From: Haplodiscus bocki
Lineage: Eukaryota
Direction of reading: 5' to 3'
DNA: 64,000 bases
Assembly: GCA_965655095.1 (NCBI GenBank)
Contig: OZ296658.1
Span: 46,252,001 to 46,316,000 of the forward strand
Part shown: positions 21,695-36,429 of the stretch, piece by piece
Layout: every line of letters begins with the position of its first letter
Position numbering within the stretch: the first letter of the stretch is position 1
The notes under the pieces: generated by a model
The model's input: the letters and a program-made list of their open reading frames with translations, nothing else
Databases searched by the model: none
Told to the model about the DNA's origin: nothing
Position numbers and translations under genes: made by a program

Positions 21695-24600
21695 GTATCA
21701 AAAATCGAAAAGAAATGCAATGAGTGTTGCATTGAATAAGAATGATTTTACTCTTGAATTACTTAGGGCGAAAATTAAATGATTCCAAACTGACTGTGAC
21801 GAACATTCGCAACCTTCGCACGTGTCTTCGCTTTTGCATCAAAATTCGAACGGAATCGGCTTTTGTGTCTCCTTCATTAAGCAATATTTTCTCTGGAATT
21901 ACTTAAGGCAAAAAAGAAACGAATCAAGACTGACTGTGACAACCGATTGCACCCTTCGACCATGTCTTCCCTTGATGTATCGAAAATCAAAAAGAATCGA
22001 ATTTAGTGTTTCCTTGAATAAGCAGTATTTTACTATTGAATTACTTAGAGCAGAAGTAAACGAATCCAGACTGACTGTAACAGCCGATTGCACCCTTCGA
22101 CCATGTCTTCCCTTTATGTATCAAATTTGAAAAGGAATTGGATTTAGAGTATCATTAGATCAGCAATATTTCAGGCTTGAGTTACTTAGAGCAAGAGTAA
22201 ACGAACCCCGACAGACTGTTACAAGCGATTGCAACCATCGCCCATGTCTTTTTTCAAAGTATCAAAATTCAAAAGATTTGGATTTAGTTTTTCATTGAAA
22301 CAGCAATACGTTCTCTTCAATTACTAAGTGCTGAAAGTAAACGATTCCAGATTGACTGTAACAATCTTTTGCATGCATCGCCCGTGTCTTCTCTTCAGGT
22401 ATCAAAAATCAAAATGAATCGGAATTAGTGTTTCATTGAAAAGGCAAATATTAACACTTGAATTACTTAGCGCAAAAAGTAAACGAGTCAAAACTGACTG
22501 TAACCACCGACTGCACCCTTCACCCATGTCTTCTCTTTAAGTATCAAAATTCAAAAAGAAATTCAATTAGGGTTTCATTGAAGAGGGATGCTTTTACTCT
22601 TGAATTACTTAGGACAAACAGAAATTGAATCCAGACCGACGGTACCAACCGATTGAACCCTTCATCTTTGTCTTCTCTTTATGTATCAAAACGCAAAAGG
22701 AATGGCATTAATAATTCATTGAATAAGCAATATTTTACTCTTCACTTACTTAGGGCAAAAAGTAAACGAATCCCGTTCGATTGTAACAACCGATTGCACC
22801 CTTCGCCCATGTCTTCCCCTAAAGCATCAAAATTCAAAACGAATCGGATTAAGTAATTCATTGAATAAGCAATGTTTTACTCCTTAATTACTTAGGGCAG
22901 AAAGTAAACGAATCTAGACTGACTGTAACAACCTTTTGCATCCATCGCCCGTGTCTTCTCTCCATGCATCAAAATCAAAAACAATCGGATTCAGTGTTTC
23001 CTTGAATAGGCAATATATTACTCTTGAATTTCTTAGGGCAAAAAATAAACGACACTCCGGTTAATTGTAAGAGCTGATTGCACCCTTCGCCAATGTCTTC
23101 TCTTCATGTATCAAAACTCAAAAGGAATGGGAATTAGTGTTTCATTGAAAAGGCAATATTTTACGCTTGAAATACTAATGGCAAAAGTAAGCGAGTCCAA
23201 ATTGACTGTAACCACCGAGTGCAACCTTCGCCTATGTCTTCTCCTAATGTATCAAAAATCAAAAAGAATTGCAATAAGTGTTTCATTGAATAAGAATGAT
23301 TTTACTCTTGAATTACTTAGGGCAAAAATTAAACGAATCCAGACTGACTGTAACAACCGATTGCACCCTTCACCCATGTCTTCTCTTTATGTATCAAAAT
23401 TCAAATGGAATCGGCTTTTGTGTTCCATTGAATAAGTAAAATTTTACACTTGAACTCCTTATGGCAAAAGTAAAGGAGTGCAAATTGACTGTAACCACCG
23501 GGTGCAACCTTCGCCCATGTCTTCTCCTAATGTATCAACAATCGAAAAGAATTGCAATGAGTGTTTCATTGAATAAGAATGATTTTACTCTTGAATTACT
23601 TAGGGCAAAAAGTAAACGATTCCAAACTGACTGTGACCAACTTTAGCAACCTTCGCACGTGTCTTCTTTTTGCATCAAAATTCAAATGGAATCGGCTTTT
23701 GTGTCTCCTTGAATAAGCAATATTTTCTCTTGAATTACTTAAGGCAAAAAAGAAACGAATCAAGACTGACTGTGACAACCGATTGCACCCTTCGACCATG
23801 TCTTCCCTTGATGTATCGAAAATCAAAAAGAATCGAATTTAGTGTTTCCTTGAACAAGCAGTATTTTACTATTGAATTACTTAGAGCAGAAGTAAACGAA
23901 TCCAGACTGACTGTAACAGCCGATTGCACCCTTCGACCATGTCTTCCCTTTATGTATCAAATTTGAAAAGGAATTGGATTTAGAGTATCATTAGATCAGC
24001 AATATTTCAGGCTTGAGTTACTTAGAGCAAGAGTAAACGAACCCCGACAGACTGTTACAAGCGATTGCAACCATCGCCCATGTCTTTTTTCAAAGTATCA
24101 AAATTCAAAAGATTTGGATTTAGTTTTTCATTGAAACAGCAATACGTTCTCTTCAATTACTAAGTGCTGAAAGTAAACGATTCCAGATTGACTGTAACAA
24201 TCTTTTGCATGCATCGCCCGTGTCTTCTCTTCAGGTATCAAAAATCAAAATGAATCGGAATTAGTGTTTCATTGAAAAGGCAAATATTAACACTTGAATT
24301 ACTTAGCGCAAAAAGTAAACGAGTCAAAACTGACTGTAACCACCGACTGCACCCTTCACCCATGTCTTCTCTTTAAGTATCAAAATTCAAAAAGAAATTC
24401 AATTAGGGTTTCATTGAAGAGGGATGCTTTTACTCTTGAATTACTTAGGACAAACAGAAATTGAATCCAGACCGACGGTACCAACCGATTGAACCCTTCA
24501 TCTTTGTCTTCTCTTTATGTATCAAAACGCAAAAGGAATGGCATTAATAATTCATTGAATAAGCAATATTTTACTCTTCACTTACTTAGGGCAAAAAGTA

Positions 24601-27075
24601 AACGAATCCCGTTCGATTGTAACAACCGATTGCACCCTTCGCCCATGTCTTCCCCTAAAGCATCAAAATTCAAAACGAATCGGATTGAGTAATTCATTGA
24701 ATAAGCAATGTTTTACTCCTTAATTACTTAGGGCAGAAAGTAAACGAATCTAGACTGACTGTAACAACCTTTTGCATCCATCGCCCGTGTCTTCTCTCCA
24801 TGCATCAAAATCAAAAACAATCGGATTCAGTGTTTCCTTGAATAGGCAATATATTACTCTTGAATTTCTTAGGGCAAAAAATAAACGACACTCCGGTTAA
24901 TTGTAAGAGCTGATTGCACCCTTCGCCAATGTCTTCTCTTCATGTATCAAAACTCAAAAGGAATGGGAATTAGTGTTTCATTGAAAAGGCAATATTTTAC
25001 GCTTGAAATACTAATGGCAAAAGTAAGCGAGTCCAAATTGACTGTAACCACCGAGTGCAACCTTCGCCCATGTCTTCTCCTAAAGTATCAAAAATCAAAA
25101 AGAATTGCAATAAGTGTTTCATTGAATAAGAATGATTTTACTCTTGAATTACTTAGGGCAAAAATTAAACGAATCCAGACTGACTGTAACAACCGATTGC
25201 ACCCTTCACCCATGTCTTCTCTTTATGTATCAAAATTCAAATGGAATCGGCTTTTGTGTTCCATTGAATAAGTAAAATTTTACACTTGAACTCCTTATGC
25301 CAAAAGTAAAGCAGTGCAAATTGACTGTAACCACCGGGTGCAACCTTCGCCCATGTCTTCTCCTAATGTATCAACAATCGAAAAGAATTGCAATGAGTGT
25401 TTCATTGAATAAGAATGATTTTACTCTTGAATTACTTAGGGCAAAAAGTAAACGATTCCAAACTGACTGTGACCAACTTTAGCAACCTTCGCACGTGTCT
25501 TCCTTTTGCATCAAAATTCAAATGGAATCGGCTTTTGTGTCTCCTTGAATAAGCAATATTTTCTCTTGAATTACTTAAGGCAAAAAAGAAATGAATCAAG
25601 ACTGACTGTGACAACCGATTGCACCCTCCGACCATGTCTTCCCTTGATGTATCGAAAATCAAAAAGAATCGAATTTAGTGTTTCCTTGAACAAGCAGTAT
25701 TTTACTATTGAATTACTTAGAGCAGAAGTAAACGAATCCAGACTGACTGTAACAGCCGATTGCACCCTTCGACCATGTCTTCCCTTTATGTATCAAATTT
25801 GAAAAGGAATTGGATTTAGAGTATCATTAGATCAGCAGTATTTCAGGCTTGAGTTACTTAGAGCAAGAGTAAACGAACCCCGACAGACTGTTACAAGCGA
25901 TTGCAACCTTCGCCTATGTCTTTTTTCAAAGTATCAAAATTCAAAAATTTGGATTTAGTTTTTCATTGAAACAGCAATACGTTCTCTTCAATTACTAAGT
26001 GCTGAAAGTAAACGATTCCAGATTGACTGTAACAATCTTTTGCATGCATCGCCCGTGTCTTCTCTTCAGGTATCAAAAATCAAAATGAATGGGAATTAGT
26101 GTTTCATTGAAAAGGCAAATATTAACACTTGAATTACTTAGCGCAAAAAGTAAACGAGTCAAAACTGACTGTAACCACCGACTGCACCCTTCACCCATGT
26201 CTTCTCTTTAAGTATCAAAATTCAAAAAGAAATTCAATTAGGGTTTCATTGAAAAGGGATGCTTTTACTCTTGAATTACTTAGGACAAACAGAAATTGAA
26301 TCCAGACCGACGGTACCAACCGATTGAACCCTTCATCTTTGTCTTCTCTTTATGTATCAAAACGCAAAAGGAATGGCATTAATAATTCATTGAATAAGCA
26401 ATATTTTACTCTTCACTTACTTAGGGCAAAAAGTAAACGAATCCCGTTCGATTGTAACAACCGGTTGCACCCTTCGCCCGTGTCTTCCCCTAAAGTATCA
26501 AAATTCAAAACGAATCGGATTAAGTAATTCATTGAATAAGCAATGTTTTACTCCTTAATTACTTAGGGCAGAAAGTAAACGAATCTAGACTGACTGTAAC
26601 AACCTTTTGCATCCATCGCCCGTGTCTTCTCTCTATGCATCAAAATCAAAAACAATCGGATTCAGTGTTTCCTTGAATAGGCAATATAATACTCTTGAAT
26701 TTCTTAGGGCAAAAAATAAACGACACTCCAGTTAATTGTTAATTGTAAGAGCTGATTGCACCCTTCGCCAATGTCTTCTCTTCATGTATCAAAACTCAAA
26801 AGGAATGGGAATTAGTGTTTCATTGAAAACGCAATATTTTACGCTTGAAATACTTATGGCAAAAGTAAACGAGTCCAAATTGACTGTAACCACCGAGTGC
26901 AACTTTCGCCCATGTCTTCTCCTAATGTATCAAAAATCAAAAGAATTGCAATAAGTGTTTCATTGAATAAGAATGACTTTACTCTTAAAATACTAAGGGC
27001 AAAATGTAAACGAATCCAGACTGACTGTAACAACCGATTGCACCCTTCACCCATGTCTTCTCTTTATGTATCAAA
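21695..27075 (+). repeat. Satellite HOR domain: 13-mer (1835-1836 bp), ~2.9 near-identical copies
   Basis: Near-identical pseudo-ORFs at 22653/24489/26324, 23106/24942, 23461/25297 and 21899/23735/25571. Confidence 0.95.
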
Positions 27076-27479
27076 AATCAAAAAGATTTGGATTTATAGT
27101 TTCATTGGATCAGCAATTATTTACCCCCAAAGAACCAAAAGCAAAATTAAACGAATTCAGACTGACTGTAACAACCGATTGCACCCTTCGACCATGTCTT
27201 CCCTTTATGTATCAAAATTCAAAAAGATTTGGATTTATAGTTTCATTGGATCAGCAATTATTTACCCCCAAAGAACCAAAAGCAAACTTAAACGAATCCA
27301 GACTGACTGTAACAACCGATTGCACCCTTCGCCCATATCTTCCTTTAACGTATCAAAAATTCAAAAGGAATTGGATTTAGAGCATCATTGGATCAGCAAT
27401 ATTTCAGGCTTGAGTTACTTAGAGCAAGAGTAAACGAACCCCGACTGACTGTTACAAGCGATTGCAACCTTCGCCCATG

Positions 27480-30160
27480 TCTTCTTTCAATGTATCAAAA
27501 ATCAAAAGATTCTGGTTTAGTGTTTCATTGAATAGGCGATATTTTACTCTTGAATTAATTAGACCAAACGTAAAAAATCTCGACTTACTGTAACCGTCGA
27601 TTGCACCCTTCGATCATATCTTCCCTTTATGTATCAAAATTCAAGATAATTTGGATTTATAGTATCATTGGATCAGCAATGATCTACGCCTGAATAACTA
27701 AAAGCAAAAGTAAACGAAACCAGACTGACTGCAACAACTGATTGCACCCTTCGCCCATATCGTATTTTTATGTATAAAAATTCAAGTGATTTGGATTTAG
27801 TGTTTCCTTAAATAGGCAAAATATTATTTTTAAATTACTTAGAGAAAAAGTAAACGAATCCAGACTGACTGTAGCAACGGATTGCAACCTTCGCCCATGT
27901 TTCTTCTTCATGTATCAAAATTCAAAGGAGTTGGATTCACTGTTTCCTTGAATGGGCGATATTTTATTCTTGAATTACGTAGGGCGAAAAGTAAACGAAT
28001 CCAGACTGACTGTAACAACTGATTGCACCCTTCGCCCAAGTCTTCCTTTTTTTAACAATTTTCAAAAGGAATGGGAAATAGAGTTTCATTGAATAAGCAA
28101 TATTTCTTACATGAATTACTTAGGGCAAAAAATAAACGATTCCAGACCGACTGTAACAACCAATTGCACCGTTCGCCCGTGTCTTCTCTTTTTGCATCAA
28201 GATTCAAAAGGAATCGGATTGAGTGTTTGCTTGAATAAGCAATTTTTTACTCTTGAAGTACTCAGGGCAAAAAAAAAGGAAACCGTTATGACTGTAACCA
28301 CCGATTGCACCCTTCGCCCATGCCTTCTCCATATAGATCAAATTTCAAAATGAATCGGATTTAGTGTTTTCTTGAATAAGCAAACTTTTACTCTTGACTT
28401 ACTTAGGGCAAAAAAGAAACGAATCCAGACTGACTACATCAACCGATTGCACCCTTCGCCCATTTTTTCTCTTTATGTATCAAAAGTCAGAAGGAACCAG
28501 ATTTAGTGTTTCATTGAATAAGCAATATTTCTCTCTTGAATTACTTGGGGCAAAAAGTGAACTAATGCAGGTTGACTGTATCAACCTACTGCACCCTTCA
28601 TCCATGTCTTCTTTCAATGTATCAAAAATCAAAAGATTTGGGTTTAGTGTTTCATTGAATAGGCGATATTTTACTGTTGAATTAGTTAGACCAAACGTAA
28701 AAAAAATCGACTGACTGTAACCGCCGATTGCACCCTTCGACCATATCTTCCCTTTATGTATCAAAAATCAAGATGATCTGGATTGATAGTATCATTGGAT
28801 CAGCAATTATTTACGCTTGAATAACTAAAAGCAAAAGTAAACGAAACCAGACTGACTGCAACAACTGATTGCACCCTTCGCCCATGTCGTATTTTTATGT
28901 ATAAAAATTCAAGCGATTTGGATTTAGTGTTTCATTAAATAGGCAATATATTATTTTTAAATTACTTAGAGAAAAAAATAAACGAATCCAGACTGACTGT
29001 AGCAAGGGATTGCAACCTTCGCCCATGTTTCTTCTTCATGTATCAAAATTCAAAGAAGTTGGATTCACTGTTTCCTTGAATGGGCGATATTTTATTCTTG
29101 AATTACGTAGGGCGAAAAGTAAACGAATCCAGACTGACTGTAACAACTGATTGCACCCTTCGCCCAAGTCTTCCTTTTTTTAACAATTATCAAAAGGAAT
29201 GGGAAATAGAGTTTCATTGAATAAGCAATATTTCTTACATGAATTACTTAGGGCAAAAAATAAACGATTCCAGACCGACTGTAACAACCAATTGCACCGT
29301 TCGCCCGTGTCTTCTCTTTTTGCATCAAGATTCAAAAGGAATCGGATTGAGTGTTTGCTTGAATAAGCAATTTTTTACTCTTGAAGTACTCAGGGCAAAA
29401 AAAAAGGAAACCGTTATGACTGTAACCACCGATTGCACCCTTCGCCCATGCCTTCTCCATATAGATCAAAATTCAAAATGAATCGGATTTAGTGTTTTCT
29501 TGAATAAGCAAACTTTTACTCTTGACTTACTTAGGGCAAAAAAGAAACGAATCCAGACTGACTACATCAACCGATTGCACCCTTCGCCCATTTTTTCTCT
29601 TTATGTATCAAAAGTCAAAAGGAACCAGATTTAGTGTTTCATTGAATAAGCAATATTTCTCTCTTGAATTACTTGGGGCAAAAAGTGAACTAATGCAGGT
29701 TGACTGTATCAACCTACTGCACCCTTCATCCATGTCTTCTTTCAATGTATCAAAAATCAAAAGATTTGGGTTTAGTGTTTCGTTGAATAGGCGATATTTT
29801 ACTGTTGAATTAGTTAGACCAAACGTAAAAAAAATCGACTGACTGTAACCGCCGATTGCACCCTTCGACCATATCTTCCCTTTATGTATCAAAAATCAAG
29901 ATGATTTGGATTGATAGTATCATTGGATCAGCAATTATTTACGCTTGAATAACTAAAAGCAAAAGTAAACGAAACCAGACTGACTGCAACAACTGATTGC
30001 ACCCTTCGCCCATGTCGTATTTTTATGTATAAAAATTCATGCGATTTGGATTCAGTGTTTCATTAAATAGGCAATATATTATTTTTAAATTACTTAGAGA
30101 AAAAGTAAACGAATCCAGACTGACTGTAGCAACGGATTGCAACCTTCGCCCATGTTTTCT
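27480..30160 (+). repeat. Satellite HOR domain: 8-mer (1128 bp), ~2.4 copies
   Basis: Pseudo-ORF pairs 28111/29239, 28394/29522 and 28480/29608; CTTCTTTCAATGTATC at ~27481, 28608 and 29736. Confidence 0.92.
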
Positions 30161-32507
30161 CCATATGTATCAAAATTCAAACAGAATCGGATTTAGTGTT
30201 TCCTTGAATAAGCAAACTTTTACTCTTGACTTACTTAGGGCAAAAAAGAAACGAATCCAGACTGACTACATCAACCGATTGCACCCTCCGCCCATGTCTT
30301 CGCCTAAAGCATCAAAATTCAAAACGAATCGGATTAAGTAATTCATTGAATAAGCAATGTTTTACTCTTTAATTACTTAGGGCAGAAAGTAAACGAATCC
30401 AGACTGACTGTAACAACCTTTGCACCATTCGCCCGTGTATTTTCTTTTCGTATCAAATTTCCAAAGGAGGGAGTTTTAGTGTTTCATCGAAAAGGCATTA
30501 TCTTACTCTTGATTTACTTAGGGCAAAAAATGAACGACTCCAGACTGACTGTAAAAACCGATTGCACTCTTCACCATGTCGTTTCTTTATGCATCAAAAT
30601 TCAAAAGGATTCCGCTTTAGTAATTCCTTGAATAAGCAATAAAGAACTCTTGAATTACTTAGGGCAAAAATTGACGAATCCAGACTGACTGTTACAACCG
30701 ATTGCACCCTTCGCCCATGTCTTCTCCATATGTATCAAACTTGAAAATGAATCGGATTTAGTGTTTCCTTGAATAAGCAAACTTTTACTCTTGAATTACT
30801 TAGGGCAAAAAGTAAACGAACCCCCTTCGATTGTAACAACCGATTGCACCCTTCGCCCATGTCTTCCCCTAAAGTATCAAAATTCAAAACGAATCGGATT
30901 ACGTAGTTCATTGAATAAGCAATGTTTTACTCTTCAATTACTTAGGGCAAAAAAGAAACGAATCCAGATTGACTACATCAACCGATTGTACCTTTCGCCC
31001 ATTTTTTCTCTTTATGTATCAAAAAACAATCTTGTCTTCTTAAGGTGCCTTCTTTTTTCTACCAAATTTCAAATTCATTGGATTTAGTCTTTAATTGAAA
31101 CAGCAATACGTTCTCTTCAATTACTAAGTGCTGAGAGTAAACGATTCCAGACTGACTGTAACAACCTTTGTATCATTCGCCCGTGTATTTTCTTTTTGTA
31201 TCAACATTCCAATGGAATCGGATTAAGTGTTTCCTTGAATAAGCAATGTTTTACTCTTCAACTACTTAGGGCAAAAAAATAATGAAATCAAACTGACTGT
31301 AACAACCTATTGCATCCATCACCCATGTCTTCTCCATATGTATCAAAATTCAAACAGAATCGGATTTAGTGTTTCCTTGAATAAGCAAACTTTTACTCTT
31401 GACTTACTTAGGGCAAAAAAGAAACGAATCCAGACTGACTACATCAACCGATTGCACCCTTCGCCCATGTCTTCGCCTAAAGCATCAAAATTCAAAACGA
31501 ATCGGATTAAGTAATTCATTGAATAAGCAATGTTTTACTCTTTAATTACTTAGGGCAGAAAGTAAACGAATCCAGACTGACTGTAACAACCTTTGCACCA
31601 TTCGCCCGTGTATTTTCTTTGCGTATCAAATTTCCAAAGGAGGGAGTTTTAGTGTTTCATCGAAAAGGCATTATCTTACTCTTGATTTACTTAGGGCAAA
31701 AAATGAACGACTCCAGATTGACTGTAAAAACCGATTGCACTCTTCACCATGTCGTTTCTTTATGCATCAAATTTCAAAAGGATTCCGCTTTAGTAATTCC
31801 TTGAATAAGCAATAAAGAACTCTTGAATTACTTAGGGCAAAAATTGACGAATCCAGACTGACTGTTACAACCGATTGCACCCTTCGCCCATGTCTTCTCC
31901 ATATGTATCAAACTTGAAAATGAATCGGATTTAGTGTTTCCTTGAATAAGCAAACTTTTACTCTTGAATTACTTAGGGCAAAAAGTAAACGAACCCCGTT
32001 CGATTGTAACAACCGATTGCACCCTTCGCCCATGTCTTCCCCTAAAGTATCAAAATTCAAAACGAATCGGATTACGTAGTTCATTGAATAAGCAATGTTT
32101 TACTCTTCAATTACTTAGGGCAAAAAAGAAACGAATCCAGATTGACTACATCAACCGATTGTACCTTTCGCCCATTTTTTCTCTTTATGTATCAAAAAAC
32201 AATCTTGTCTTCTTAAGATGCCTTCTTTTTTTCTACCAAATTTCAAATTCATTGGATTTAGTCTTTAATTGAAACAGCAATACGTTCTCTTCAATTACTA
32301 AGTGCTGAGAGTAAACGATTCCAGACTGACTGTAACAACCTTTGCATCTTTCGCCCGTGTATTTTCTTTTTGTATCAAATTTCCAATGGAATCGGATTAA
32401 GTGTTTCCTTGAATAAGCAATGTTTTACTCTTCAACTACTTAGGGCAAAAAAATAATGAAATCAAACTGACTGTAACAACCTATTGCATCCATCACCCGT
32501 GTCTTCT
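30161..32507 (+). repeat. Satellite HOR domain: 1173-bp unit (8 monomers plus a ~43-bp aberrant fragment), 2 copies
   Basis: CCATATGTATCAAAATTCAAACAGAATCGG at 30161 and 31334; pseudo-ORFs at 30791/31964. Confidence 0.9.
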
Positions 32508-35500
32508 CTTTATGTATCAAAATTCAAAAAGAAATTTAATTAGCGTTTCATTGAATAGGGATGAGTTTACTCTTGACTTACTTAGGGCAAAAAGAAACTG
32601 AATGCAGACCGACGGTACCAACCGATTGAACCCTTCATCTATGTCTTCTCTTTATGTATCAAAACTCAATAGGAATGGCATTAATAATTCATTGAATAAG
32701 CAATATTTGATTCTTCATTTACTTAGGGCAAAAAGTAAACGAACCCCGTTCGATTGTAACAACCGATTGCACCTTTTGCCCATGTCTTCCCTAAAGTATC
32801 AAAATTCAAAACGAATCGGATTATGTAATTCATTGAATCAGTAATGTTTTACTCTTCAATTACTTAGAGCAAAAAGAAACGATTCCAGACTGACTGTAAC
32901 AACCTTTTTCAATCATCGCCCGTGTATTTTCTTTTTGTGTCAAAAATCAAAAGGAATCGGATTTAGTGTTTCATTGAATAAGTAACGTTTTACTCTTGAT
33001 TTATTTGGGTCAGAAAGAAAAGGATTCCACACTGACTGTAAAAGCCAATTGCACCCTTCGCCCATGACTTCCCTCTCAAGGTATCAAAATTCGAAACGAC
33101 TGGGATTAAGTAATTCATTGAATAATCAATATTTTTATATTTAATTACTTAGGGCAGAAAGTGATTGAATCCAGACTGACTGTAACAACCCTTTGCATCC
33201 ATCGCCCGTGTCTTCTCTCTATGCATCAAAATCAAAGTGAATCGGATTCAGTGTTTCCTTGAAAAAGCAATATTTTACTCTTGAATTTCTTAGGGCAAAA
33301 CAAAAACGACACCCCGGTTAACTGTAGGAACTGATTGCACCCTTCGCCAATGTCTTCTCTTCATATATCAAAACTCAAAAGGAATGGGAATTAGTGTTTC
33401 ATTGAAGAGGCAGTATTTTACACTTGAATTACATATGGCAAAAGTAAACGAGTCCAAATTGACTGTAACCACCGAGTGCAACTTTTGCCCATTTCTTTTC
33501 CTTGTGTATCAAAATTCAAAAAGAATTGCAACAAGTGTTTCATTGAAAAAGAATGATTTTAGTGTTGAATTACTTAGGGCAAAAAGAAAAAGAATCCAGA
33601 CTGACTACATCAGCCGATTGCACCCTTCGCCCATTTTTCCTCTTTATGTATCAAAAGTCAAAAGGAACCAGATTTAGTGTTTCATTGAATAAGCAATATT
33701 TCTCTCTTGAATTACTTGGGGCAGAAAGTAAACGAATGCAGACTGACTGTAACAACCGATTGCACCCTTCATCCATGTCTTCTCTTTTTGCATCAAGATT
33801 CAAAAGCAATCGGATTTAGTGTTTGCTTGAATAAGCAATTTTTTACTCTTGAAGTACTCAGGGCAAAAAAAAAACGAATCCGTTATGACTGTAAACACCG
33901 ATTGCACCCTTCGCCCATGTCTTCTCTTTATGTATCAAAATTCAAAAAGAAATTCAATTAGTGTTTCATTGAATAGTGATGATTTTACTCTTGAATTACT
34001 TAGGGCAAAAAGAAATTGAATCCAGACCGACGGTACCAACCGATTGAACCCTTCATCTATGTCTTCTCTTTATGTTTCAAATCTCAAAAGGAATGGCATT
34101 AATAGTTCATCGAATAAGCAAAATTTTACTCTTCACTTACTTAGGGCAAAAAGTAAATGAGCCCCGTTCGATTGTAACAACCGATTGCACCCTTCGCCCA
34201 TGTCTTCCCCTAAAGTATCAAAATTCAAAACGAATCGGATTACGTAATTCATTGAATAAGCAATGTTTTACTCTTCAATTACTTAGAGCAAAAAGAAACG
34301 ATTCCAGACTGACTGTAACGACCTTTTTCAATCATCGCCCGTGTATTTTCTTTTTGTGTCAAAAATCAAAAGGAATCGGATTTAGTGTTTCCTTGAATAA
34401 GCAAACTTTTACTCTTGACTTACTTAGGGCAAAAAAGAAACGAATCCAGACTGACTACATCAACCGATTGTATTTTCGCCCATTTTTTCTCTTTATGTAT
34501 CAAAAAACAATCTTGTCTTCTTAAGATGCCTTCTTTTTTTCTACCAAATTTCAAATTCATTGGATTTAGTCTTTATTTGAAACAGCAATACGTTCTTTTC
34601 AATTACTAAGTGCTGAGAGTAAACGATTCCAGACTGACTGTAACAACCTTTGCATCATTCGCCCGTGTATTTTCTTTTTGTATCAAATTTCCAATGGAAT
34701 CGGATTAAGTGTTTCCTTGAATAAGCAATGTTTTACTTTTCAACTACTTAGGGCAAAAAAATAACGAAATCAAACTGACTGTAACAACCTATTGCATCCA
34801 TCACCCGTGTCTTCTCTTCATGTATCAAAAATCAAAATGAATGGGAATTAGTGTGTCATTGAAAAGGCAAATAATAGCACTTGAATTACTGAGGGCAAAA
34901 AGTAAATGAGCCCCGTTCGATTGTAACAACCGATTGCACCCTTCGCCCATGTCTTCCCCTAAAGTATCAAAATTCAAAACGAATCGGATTACGTAGTTCA
35001 TTGAATAAGCAATGTTTTACTCTTCAATTACTTAGAGCAAAAAGAAACGATTCCAGACTGACTGTAACAACCTTTTGCATCCATCGCCCGTGTCTTCTCT
35101 CTATGCATCAAAATCAAAGTGAATCGGTTTCAGTGTTTCTTTGAAAAAGCAATATTTTACTCTTGAATTTCTTAGGGCAAAACAAAAACGACACCCCGGT
35201 TAATTGTAAGAACTGATTGCACCCTTCACCAATGTCTTCTCTTCATATATCAAAACTCAAAAGGAATGGGAAATAGTGTTTCATTGAAGAGGCAGTATTT
35301 TACACTTGAATCACTAATGGCAAAAGTAAACGAGTTCAAATTGACTGTAACCACCGAGTGCAACTTTTGCCCATTTCTTCTCCTTATGTATCAAAATTCA
35401 AAAAGAATTGCAACAAGTGTTTCATTGAAAAAGAGTGATTTTAGTGTTGAAGTACTTAGGGCAAAAAGAAAAAAAATCCAGACTGACGGTACCAACCGAT

Positions 35501-36429
35501 TGCACCCTCCGTCTATGTCTCCTCTCTACGTATCAAAACTCAAAAGGAATGGGATTAAGTATTTCCTTGAATAAGCAATGTTTTACTCTTCAACTTCTTA
35601 GGGCAAAAAAATAACGAAATCAAACTGACTGTAACAACCTATTGCATCCATCACCCGTGTCTTCTCTTCATGTATCAAAAATCAAAATGAATGGGAATTA
35701 GTGTGCCATTGAAAAGGCAAATAATAACACTTGAATTACTTAGGGCAAAAAGTAAACGAGTCAAAATTGACTGTAACCACTGCGTGCAACTTTCGCCCAT
35801 GTCTTTTCTTTATGTATCAAAGTTCAAAAAGAAATTTAATTAGTGTTTCATTGAGTAGGGATGATTTTACTCTTGAATTACTTAGTGCAAAAAGTAAACG
35901 AATCCAGACTGACTGTAACAACCGATTGCACCCTTCACCCATGTCTTCTCTCTATGTATAAATATTCAAAAAGAAATGCAAGTAGTGTTTCATTGAAAAA
36001 GGATGATTTTACTCTTGAATTACACAGGGCAAACAGAATTTTAATCCAGACCGACGGTACCAACCGATTGCACCCTTCATTTATGTCTTCTCCCTATGTA
36101 TCAAAACTCAATAGGAATGGCATTAATAGTTCATCGAATTAGCAATATTTTACTCTTCATTTACTTAGGGCAAAAAGTAAACGAATCCCGTTCGATTGTA
36201 ACAACCGATTGCACCCTTCGCCCATGTCTTCCTCTAAGGTATCCAAATTCAAAACGAATCGGATAAAGTAATTCATTGAATAAGCAGTGTTTTACTCTTC
36301 AACTACTTAGGGCAAAATTAAACGATTCCAGACTGACTGTAACAACCTTTTGCATCCATCGCCCGTGTATTTTCTTTATGTGTCAAAAATCAAAAGGAAT
36401 CGGATTTAGTGTTCCATTGAATAAGTAAT

